A stretch of 22,933 bases of DNA. It comes from PVC group bacterium. Its GTDB lineage: Bacteria > GCA-001730085 > JADFSZ01. Made by a program: the position numbers and the translations under genes. Under the pieces are notes generated by a model, which was not told the origin of the DNA, did no database searches, and was given only the letters and a program-made list of their open reading frames with translations. Of the stretch, positions 16,103 to 22,698 are shown piece by piece (the first letter of the stretch is position 1; the number at the start of each line of letters is the position of its first letter). The DNA lies in assembly GCA_022560555.1 (NCBI GenBank), contig JADFSZ010000004.1:1-22933 (forward strand), given 5' to 3'.

Positions 16103-17629
16103 ATGTTTCTGACAAAGCATATACTCCAAAATTCCACTTTTAGACAGTTTCTCCTGAAAAATGCTCCGTATCGCTATTTGGAGAATATTACGCGAACGCG
16201 TATCATCAAGAAGGTTAGATCTGTCATTCCCACGATTCCGGCTTATTGCGAATACCTTCATAAGCACAAAATCTCAACTGATCCCGTTAATCTGAAAAAT
16301 TTAGCCATAGAAGATTTACCTCTGACAAACAAATCCGAATACATCCAAAAATATCCCCTTAAGGACATCTGCGCCAACGGCACGATTGAAGATAAATACT
16401 GTCTCGAATCCAGCTCCGGATACTCGGGAGAAGAACAGTATTGGGCCCGAAACACGTATGAGGATGAGAGTTTTACCCGCTACCTGGAAGTGTCCTCCAA
16501 ACAATATCTTCAGATCGATAAAAAATCGACACTTTTGATCGTCTGCTGGGCACTCGGAACGTGGGTCACGGGAGAAAAATTCGCACACGCGGCGCGGGTG
16601 GTCGCATGCAACAGCAACTACAAGCTGACCGTAATCACGCCGGGCAACAACTTTCCCACAGTCATAAACATTTTAAATAAATTCCAAGGCATGTTTGATC
16701 AAATCGTGATTGCTGGATATCCCTTTTTCATAAAAAGCCTTCTTTTGAAAGGGCCCGAAATCGGGATCGATTGGAGCCAAGCGCGCTATCATATTATCAT
16801 CGGCGGGGAGGGATTTCCGGAAGACTTGCGGGATTTTTTTGCAAAACAACTTCATAGTCCCGTTAATACCTTTGGCCAAAGCATGATCGCATCTGCCTAT
16901 GGCTCTGCGGACACCGGAATCGGGGTAGGACATGAGACTCCGTTCTCAATCCTTATCCGACGTTTGGCAAAAAAAGATGCTCGTCTTTCTGAATCCCTAT
17001 TCGGAACATCTGTTCATAATCTTCCGGTTGTATTTCAATTCAATCCCTTGAATTATCTCATCGAAAATGTCGATGGGGAAATTATTATCACGGCCCCTTT
17101 TAACGGTGTCCCTCTTATTCGATACAATCTTCATGATAGCGGAGGAGTTATCCCGTATGATCAAATAAACACTATACTTGAGGAGCATGGCTACAATCCG
17201 AAAAAGGAATTAGCCGAGCTCGGTCATTCCCCTCAAGATCTCTGGAAGCTTCCCATTCTCTATGTATTCGGACGCTCGGACGGAACCATCATTTATAACG
17301 GGGCCAATATTTTTCTGGAAAACATCAAAGAAGCTCTTGCTTTGCCGGAAATTGTCCATTCCAATACCGGCCGGTTCACCCTCTCGCGTATCCTGCTGGA
17401 AAATTTTGAACCAAAAATCAAAATTGTCATTGAATTATCCCAAGGGGTAGAAGTCACAGAGCAGCTAAAAACGATGTATGAAGTGGCAGTGATTTCAACT
17501 CTCGCCAGAGTCAACAAAGAATATCGCGATCAACTTGAAAAGCTTCATGACAAAGCAACTCCTCTCATCGAATTTATCCATCCCTCCATACACCCGGAAC
17601 AGGACACGATTAAACACAAGTATATTTAA
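16103..17629 (+). CDS. Adenylate-forming enzyme, phenylacetate-CoA ligase (PaaK) / coenzyme F390 synthetase-like
   Basis: 508 aa. Has LPLTNKSEYIQKYP (PaaK-like entry motif), the P-loop-position motif ESSSGYSGEEQYW (canonical SSGTTGKP is degenerate here), YGSADTG (A5-like) and VFGRSDGTIIYNGANIF (the GRxDD-hinge/A8-like motif). No obvious SD sequence. The gene is framed by its own promoter and terminator. Confidence 0.6.
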   Translation: MFLTKHILQNSTFRQFLLKNAPYRYLENITRTRIIKKVRSVIPTIPAYCEYLHKHKISTDPVNLKNLAIEDLPLTNKSEYIQKYPLKDICANGTIEDKYCLESSSGYSGEEQYWARNTYEDESFTRYLEVSSKQYLQIDKKSTLLIVCWALGTWVTGEKFAHAARVVACNSNYKLTVITPGNNFPTVINILNKFQGMFDQIVIAGYPFFIKSLLLKGPEIGIDWSQARYHIIIGGEGFPEDLRDFFAKQLHSPVNTFGQSMIASAYGSADTGIGVGHETPFSILIRRLAKKDARLSESLFGTSVHNLPVVFQFNPLNYLIENVDGEIIITAPFNGVPLIRYNLHDSGGVIPYDQINTILEEHGYNPKKELAELGHSPQDLWKLPILYVFGRSDGTIIYNGANIFLENIKEALALPEIVHSNTGRFTLSRILLENFEPKIKIVIELSQGVEVTEQLKTMYEVAVISTLARVNKEYRDQLEKLHDKATPLIEFIHPSIHPEQDTIKHKYI

Positions 17630-17632
17630 ACG

Positions 17633-17661
17633 AAAAAAGGCGGCTGAAATAGCCGCCTTTT
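17633..17661. terminator. Bidirectional rho-independent terminator between convergent genes
   Basis: AAAAAA-GGCGGCT-GAAAT-AGCCGCC-TTTT. The 7-bp GC-rich stem (17639..17645 / 17651..17657) has an A-tract on one side and a T-tract on the other. It can therefore serve both the plus-strand gene ending at 17629 and the minus-strand mlaD ending at 17685. Confidence 0.8.
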
Positions 17662-17684
17662 AATAAACTCAAAGGGTACAAAAA

Positions 17685-18548
17685 TTATTTTTTCTTGCGG
17701 TCAGCTTTTAATTCCTCGGGTGATTTTTTCAAAAGCATCCAAGGATGAGCTTCAATTTTCATGGCAAACTTCGCGAAATCCGCGCTCGCTGCCCTGAAAT
17801 TCGTAACGATCCGGCGAATATCTTCGCGGTTTTCTACAACGAGGCCATCCGTGTTTGTCAAGAGACTATCCAGTTTGCCAAGCGCGTTGTCGAGCTTTCC
17901 TTTAAGACCGTCAGTCGCTAATGCCAAATTTTTTATCATTGATCTGATATCTCCGCGATTGTCCGCGATCATGCCCCGGGCATCAACGGCAAGACCTTCG
18001 AAATTTGAAACCGTGTTTTTCAGTGAAGCAATCATTTCTTTATCTCCGAGAAAGTCTGCCAAATTGTCAATCATGGCTTCGACTTTTTCCACAATCTTCT
18101 TGCCACTCACCAGCAATTGCTCAAGATCAAACGGAGCCTCCCCAACCAAGCGCTGCCCTTCAGGCAGTGCCGGGGCGCTAGGCGTTCCCGGTGAAATCTC
18201 AATATACTTGTCTCCCATGAGGCCCATTGTCTTAATAGAAGCTACCGAATCCGTTTTAATCACAGCGGATTTATCAATCGAAATCGAAAACACAACACGC
18301 GGATCATCCGGGGCTTTCACCTCCGCGTCCGTTAGGATGACAATGCGATCTATTTTTCCCACAGGAACACCGGCATACATTACGGAACTGTCCTCTGCAA
18401 GACCGTTCGCGGCGGGAAACACAATTTCTGCTTCGTACGTACTCTTAAATATTTTAATGTCGCCGATATTAAAAATAAACAATCCCATAATGGCAAGACA
18501 GCTAACAATCACAACGCCTGCTTTAAGTTCATCTTTTTGAAAATCCAT
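17685..18548 (-). CDS. mlaD: MCE/MlaD-family substrate-binding protein with a long C-terminal helical extension
   Basis: 287 aa. Has an N-terminal TM (AGVVIVSCLAIMGLFIF), an MCE beta-barrel domain (MYAGVPVGKIDRI...IKTMGLMGDKYIEISPG), then about 140 aa of heptad-like helical sequence. Confidence 0.85.
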   Translation of the reverse strand: MDFQKDELKAGVVIVSCLAIMGLFIFNIGDIKIFKSTYEAEIVFPAANGLAEDSSVMYAGVPVGKIDRIVILTDAEVKAPDDPRVVFSISIDKSAVIKTDSVASIKTMGLMGDKYIEISPGTPSAPALPEGQRLVGEAPFDLEQLLVSGKKIVEKVEAMIDNLADFLGDKEMIASLKNTVSNFEGLAVDARGMIADNRGDIRSMIKNLALATDGLKGKLDNALGKLDSLLTNTDGLVVENREDIRRIVTNFRAASADFAKFAMKIEAHPWMLLKKSPEELKADRKKK

Positions 18549-18566
18549 ATCGTCTACTTCCTTCCC

Positions 18567-19367
18567 TTAGGATTCCTCGGTTAATTCCTTAAAATAGTCT
18601 TCTCCCGATCGGCGAAGCGCAATCGGACCTTCGGCACTGCCGGTTATAAACTGCTGAACAACAGGATTTTTTGAATTCTTGATTTCATCCACGGTACCCT
18701 GCTCCAGAATCTTCCCTTCGTACAGCATAATAATTTTGTCCGCGATACGAAAAGCACTTTCCATCTCATGAGTCACAACGATAGAGGTCATGCCAAGTTT
18801 TTTTGATAAATCGAATATCAGCTTGTCAATCACAGCCATAACGACAGGATCGAGCCCCGCTCCCGGCTCGTCATAAAACACAAGTTCGGGATCCATCGCG
18901 ATGGCCCTGGCAAGCCCCACACGCTTTTTCATCCCTCCGCTGATTTCAGCCGGCTTCAAATGTTCAAATCCGGATAGCCCCACCATCTCAAGCTTAATTT
19001 TAACCATAATCCGGATAATCTCTTCATCCAAATCCGTATGTTCCCGTAAGGCCAGTGCCACATTATCCCCCACCGTCATAGAATTAAAAAGGGCGGATCC
19101 TTGAAAAAGCATGCCAAATTTCTTTCGAAGTTCAATTAATTGATCTTCATCCGCTTTTACAATGTCAATATTATTAATGAGCACGGAACCCGCATCCGGA
19201 CGAAGCATTCCGATTAAAATACGCAGGAATGTCGTTTTACCGCATCCGCTTCCGCCCATAATGACGATGGTTTTCCCCCGCTCGAAATCAACATTGATAC
19301 CGTTTAAAATCTTTCTATCTCCAAAACTCTTATCGAGATTACGAACTTCTATGATATGGTCAACCAT
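18567..19367 (-). CDS. mlaF: ABC transporter ATP-binding protein, MlaF-like
   Basis: 266 aa. Has Walker A GGSGCGKTT, Q-loop MLFQGSALF, signature ISGGMKKRVGLARA, Walker B LVFYDEPGAGLD, H-loop VTHE and a short C-terminal extension. Confidence 0.9.
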   Translation of the reverse strand: MVDHIIEVRNLDKSFGDRKILNGINVDFERGKTIVIMGGSGCGKTTFLRILIGMLRPDAGSVLINNIDIVKADEDQLIELRKKFGMLFQGSALFNSMTVGDNVALALREHTDLDEEIIRIMVKIKLEMVGLSGFEHLKPAEISGGMKKRVGLARAIAMDPELVFYDEPGAGLDPVVMAVIDKLIFDLSKKLGMTSIVVTHEMESAFRIADKIIMLYEGKILEQGTVDEIKNSKNPVVQQFITGSAEGPIALRRSGEDYFKELTEES

Positions 19368-19383
19368 AAATTTTTCTCATTGA

Positions 19384-20196
19384 TTATACAAAAACAAAAT
19401 AAAAAAGACTTGTCAATACACAGTCAGCAAAAATAATCAGGGTAATCGAAGCCACTACAGATATTGTCGTTGCTTTTCCGACCCCTTCAGCGCCCCCTTT
19501 GACAATCAATCCTTCATAACATCCGATAAACCCGATGATAAGAGCAAACACAAAACTTTTGAGCAAGCCAGTCCAGATATCTTTTAGCACAAGCGCATCA
19601 ATTGTTTTTTGGATATATAATCCGGTCGGAATATTGATACTATAGTGTCCGATGAGATAACCGCCGTAGATACCGACAAGGTCAGCAAACATGGTTAAAC
19701 AAGGCAGCATAATCACCAAAGCTAATATTCTCGGTACAACTAAATACCGAACCGGGTTAATTCCCATCACTTCCAATGCATCGATTTCTTCGGCCACTTT
19801 CATGGTTCCTAATTCCGCCGTAATAGCCGCGCCGGCACGGCCGGCAATGACAATCGCCGTTAAAAGAGGACCAAGTTCCCGGCACATCGACACAGCCACC
19901 AAACTTCCCACATACATCACAACCCCGAATTTTTTCAGGAGATACGCTGTCTGCATGGCCATAATCATTCCCATAAAAAGTGACACCAAAAACACAATTG
20001 ATATCGACTTATTGCCCATGAAGACGCACTGATAGGACACATGCTCCCGACTCAGCCCCTTTTGCCCTTTTTTGAAAGGCGCAATGAAAGTCCAATAAAA
20101 ATTCGAAACCATGAGGGAGTAAAGACTGGAGAGATGGCTTAAAAACACACGCGCGTTTTTTCCGATATGTTCTAATGCTCTGATCGCAAATTCCAT
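19384..20196 (-). CDS. mlaE: ABC transporter permease, MlaE-like
   Basis: 270-aa polytopic membrane ORF with the MlaE/YrbE pattern (...RELGPLLTAIVIAGRAGAAITAELGTMKVAEEIDALEVMGINPVRYLVVPR...). Confidence 0.9.
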   Translation of the reverse strand: MEFAIRALEHIGKNARVFLSHLSSLYSLMVSNFYWTFIAPFKKGQKGLSREHVSYQCVFMGNKSISIVFLVSLFMGMIMAMQTAYLLKKFGVVMYVGSLVAVSMCRELGPLLTAIVIAGRAGAAITAELGTMKVAEEIDALEVMGINPVRYLVVPRILALVIMLPCLTMFADLVGIYGGYLIGHYSINIPTGLYIQKTIDALVLKDIWTGLLKSFVFALIIGFIGCYEGLIVKGGAEGVGKATTISVVASITLIIFADCVLTSLFYFVFV

Positions 20197-20228
20197 AGTG
20201 TATTGTCTGAGCTGGTTTGGGGGTAAAA

Positions 20229-20570
20229 TCAGGTTTTTTGGATTTCGTCTAAAGCGGCCGATTCAGTCTCCACTATGCGAAAAATCCCGTCGAGTTTTGC
20301 TAATTCAAAGACAGATCGGACTGTATCATTAATATTGTACAAGCAAAGCCGCCCATTCAATTTCTTCAGCTTCTGAAGCAGCTCAATGAGAGTCGCAAGC
20401 CCTGAAGAATCAATATATTCCACCTGAGAAAAATCAACCGCGATCTTCGGTGCACCTGAATCAGAGTGCTTGGAAAACTCATTTCTAATTTGCGGGGATG
20501 AATACAAATCCAAATCCCCTTTGAGGTGAAAAAGAGTAATACCGTCTTTCGTGTCAACTTGTATGTCCAT
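20229..20570 (-). CDS. STAS-domain protein (anti-sigma-factor antagonist / SpoIIAA-RsbV-like; possible MlaB equivalent)
   Basis: 113 aa. Has the ...VEYIDSSGLATLIELL... motif, with Ser55 aligning to the phosphorylated Ser58 of B. subtilis SpoIIAA (FMDSSGLGV). GGAG lies about 8 nt upstream of the ATG. It sits 32 nt upstream of mlaE. Confidence 0.9.
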   Translation of the reverse strand: MDIQVDTKDGITLFHLKGDLDLYSSPQIRNEFSKHSDSGAPKIAVDFSQVEYIDSSGLATLIELLQKLKKLNGRLCLYNINDTVRSVFELAKLDGIFRIVETESAALDEIQKT

Positions 20571-20587
20571 AGGGCAACTCCGTGGGT

Positions 20588-20616
20588 ATGATATTATAAG
20601 TTATACCAAGTTTCAA
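20588..20616 (-). promoter_or_regulatory. Candidate internal sigma70-like promoter upstream of the STAS-mlaEFD genes
   Basis: On the minus strand, in the 56-nt kinase-STAS gap: TTGAAA (20616..20611), a 17-nt spacer, then TATCAT (20593..20588). The predicted start would leave a very short leader around the GGAG, so this is tentative. Confidence 0.3.
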
Positions 20617-20626
20617 CAGGAACCTT

Positions 20627-21031
20627 TTACTTCTTCTTCACCATTGTCAGGAGGGTTCCGGTGCTGTTTGACGTGTCATAATCTATTTCATCCATAATCT
20701 TTTGCATCAAAAACACGCCCAATCCTCCGGGGCGAACATTGTCCAACTTCCTCGATTTAAAATCTTTGGGGTCACTTTTTTTACCGTAGTCTCTTAGTCG
20801 GAAATATAATTTCCCTTCAGATTCACTCATTTCGAAATTGATAATACCATCCGTCCGTTCATTATATCCGTGGCGAATAATGTTGCAAATGGCCTCATCC
20901 ACGGCTAGAACAATCATCATGGCATCTTTTCCCTTATACCCTGAAATTTCTAAAAATGATTTTACCGAGGCTCGAATAATTCTCAAATATTTTGCATCAC
21001 TTTTAAATGACAGCTGAAGCATGGCCAACAA
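20627..21031 (-). CDS. Anti-sigma regulatory factor-type serine kinase (RsbW/SpoIIAB-like, HATPase_c)
   Basis: 134 aa. Has N-box EAICNIIRHGY, G1-like RDYGKK and G2 PGGLGVFLMQKIMDE. Size and motif order are typical of partner-switching kinases. Confidence 0.9.
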   Translation of the reverse strand: MLAMLQLSFKSDAKYLRIIRASVKSFLEISGYKGKDAMMIVLAVDEAICNIIRHGYNERTDGIINFEMSESEGKLYFRLRDYGKKSDPKDFKSRKLDNVRPGGLGVFLMQKIMDEIDYDTSNSTGTLLTMVKKK

Positions 21032-21043
21032 CCTCCTGGATCA

Positions 21044-22306
21044 TCATGAACACACAATAGAGACGAGCGTCATATCATCATGCTGGGGTGCGTCTCCGAC
21101 AAATTGATGAACACTGTCTAAAATTTGTTTAGAAAGACCGGGGTGCCCGTAATTTTTTTTAATAACATTCTCGAGCCGAGGGAACCCATACTCCTCTTTT
21201 TTGTTATTCCGCGCTTCAATAATTCCGTCCGTAAATAAAAGAATCTCTTTAGAGTCCGTCCAAGGGATAGTGTGAGACGTGTACGTCACCTCGGAAAATA
21301 TTCCCAGGGGGCTACTCTGAGCTTCTTTGATCTCTTCCAAGGTCTTCTTCTTATGATCCACAAGCAACGGAGGGATATGGCCGGCATTAGAAAAAGTGAC
21401 GGTTTGAACTTGCAGGTTAAAAATCATGTAAAACATTGTTGAAAACATTCCAAACTGTGGTTTGAGAGACAAGGATTTATTGACGGAATCCAGGACAACA
21501 TGAGGAAGGGTATCTTTGTTGGCCTCAAAACGCATCGCGCTGATGGTTTTCACCATATAAAGCCCTGATGGAACCCCTTTACCGGAAACGTCCCCAAAAA
21601 CCACACCATACTCTTTTGGAGAAAACTCTAAAACGTCATAAAAATCTCCGCTGACTTCCCTCGCTGGCGTGTTATGAGCGAATACAGATAAACCTTTCAG
21701 ATGCGGCAATACATCGGGCATAAAGGTTTCCTGAATCTGTCGGGCAAAATCCAACTCCTGCTCGATTCTTTGCTTATCCATCATTTCTTTGTGCATGCGC
21801 GCGTTTTCGATTGCGATGGCGCTCTGGTTAGCAAATGCCATAAATATTTCAATATCCTCTTCACAAAAGGCTTCCTGATGAACAGGATTGATGGCTTGAA
21901 GAATACCGATAATTTTTTCCTTAACACGCATTGGTACACATAGGATGGATCTTGTGATAAAACCGGTTGACTCATCGGGCTTGCTATAAAAGCGCGGGTC
22001 TTTTTGGACATCTTTGACCAACAGCGGTTCATTATGTTCGGCCACCCAACCGGCGATTCCTTGGCCGATTTTTAGACGAAATTTCTCTTTAAGAGTGCCC
22101 CCTGTTTCTCCGGTCGCGACTTGAAAAACAAGCTCATTTGCAGCCTCATCTATCAGCATAAGGCTACTGACGTTACACTCCATCACTTTTTCGACAATTT
22201 TCATAATGAGCCCCAAGAGCTCACTCAAATCAAGGGTAGAATTAATGAGCGTTCCCACCTCAATGAGACTTGATAGCTTTTCAATTTTATGACTAGTAGC
22301 ATTCAT
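21044..22306 (-). CDS. GAF domain-containing PP2C-type (SpoIIE/RsbU family) serine phosphatase
   Basis: 420 aa. The N-terminal GAF domain runs from about residue 15 to 170 (VSSLMLIDEAANELVF...GIAGWVAEHNEPLLV...SILCVPM). The C-terminal PPM/SpoIIE domain has the metal-binding motifs SGDFYD, GDVSGKG, FTDGIIEA and HDDMTLV. Confidence 0.92.
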   Translation of the reverse strand: MNATSHKIEKLSSLIEVGTLINSTLDLSELLGLIMKIVEKVMECNVSSLMLIDEAANELVFQVATGETGGTLKEKFRLKIGQGIAGWVAEHNEPLLVKDVQKDPRFYSKPDESTGFITRSILCVPMRVKEKIIGILQAINPVHQEAFCEEDIEIFMAFANQSAIAIENARMHKEMMDKQRIEQELDFARQIQETFMPDVLPHLKGLSVFAHNTPAREVSGDFYDVLEFSPKEYGVVFGDVSGKGVPSGLYMVKTISAMRFEANKDTLPHVVLDSVNKSLSLKPQFGMFSTMFYMIFNLQVQTVTFSNAGHIPPLLVDHKKKTLEEIKEAQSSPLGIFSEVTYTSHTIPWTDSKEILLFTDGIIEARNNKKEEYGFPRLENVIKKNYGHPGLSKQILDSVHQFVGDAPQHDDMTLVSIVCS

Positions 22307-22424
22307 GATATACCAGTATTTCTTAGAGACGGGTGTTAGAAATGGTTCTTATTTTCTCACAAAAAAACATTTTTTTAATGAAAAAACCTTTCTGAGAAAA
22401 GGGCCTTTATGAACGTAAGGCCGT

Positions 22425-22453
22425 ATCATATCACAAGCTTGGTACTCTGACAA
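22425..22453 (-). promoter_or_regulatory. Candidate sigma70-like promoter for the phosphatase-kinase-STAS-mla cluster
   Basis: On the minus strand: TTGTCA (22453..22448), a 17-nt spacer, then TATGAT (22430..22425), about 115 nt upstream of the phosphatase ATG. It is back-to-back with the tRNA promoter, with 15 bp between the two -35 boxes. Confidence 0.4.
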
Positions 22454-22468
22454 TTCTGATTCTCCCTA

Positions 22469-22497
22469 TTGAAATTTTGGTCGGGCTATGATATAAA
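22469..22497 (+). promoter_or_regulatory. Candidate sigma70-like promoter for the tRNA-Glu/tRNA-Leu pair
   Basis: TTGAAA (22469..22474), a 17-nt spacer, then TATAAA (22492..22497), 13 nt upstream of the tRNA-Glu 5' end. Confidence 0.5.
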
Positions 22498-22510
22498 ACA
22501 TCGAATCAAT

Positions 22511-22585
22511 GGCCCCATCGTCTAGCCTGGTCTAGGACGCTAGATTCTCATTCTAGAAACACGGGTTCGAATCCCGTTGGGGCTA
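22511..22585 (+). tRNA. tRNA-Glu (anticodon CUC)
   Basis: A 75-nt cloverleaf folded by hand. Acceptor GGCCCCA/TGGGGCT (G1:U72 wobble), D-arm GTCT...GGAC as in E. coli tRNA-Glu, anticodon stem CTAGA/TCTAG with loop TTCTCAT (anticodon CTC), 4-nt variable loop, T-arm ACGGG-TTCGAAT-CCCGT, discriminator A. CCA is not encoded. Confidence 0.93.
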
Positions 22586-22615
22586 TTTTTAGTTGGGAAA
22601 GGTATGCGTAAAGGA

Positions 22616-22698
22616 GCCGAAGTGGCGGAATGGCAGACGCGCTAGGTTCAGAACCTAGTGGTGGCAACATCGTGGGGGTTCGACTCCCCCCTTCGGCA
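22616..22698 (+). tRNA. tRNA-Leu (anticodon CAG), class II with long variable arm
   Basis: 83 nt. Acceptor GCCGAAG/CTTCGGC, D-arm GCGGAATGGCAGACGC nearly identical to E. coli tRNA-Leu(CAG), anticodon stem CTAGG/CCTAG with loop TTCAGAA (anticodon CAG), long variable arm, T-arm GGGGG-TTCGACT-CCCCC, discriminator A. CCA is not encoded. Confidence 0.93.

Noticed and set aside
17761-18540. 259-aa plus-strand ORF
   Set aside because: It is fully antisense to mlaD, with the Ser/Ala/Arg-rich, low-complexity composition typical of a shadow ORF opposite a real gene.
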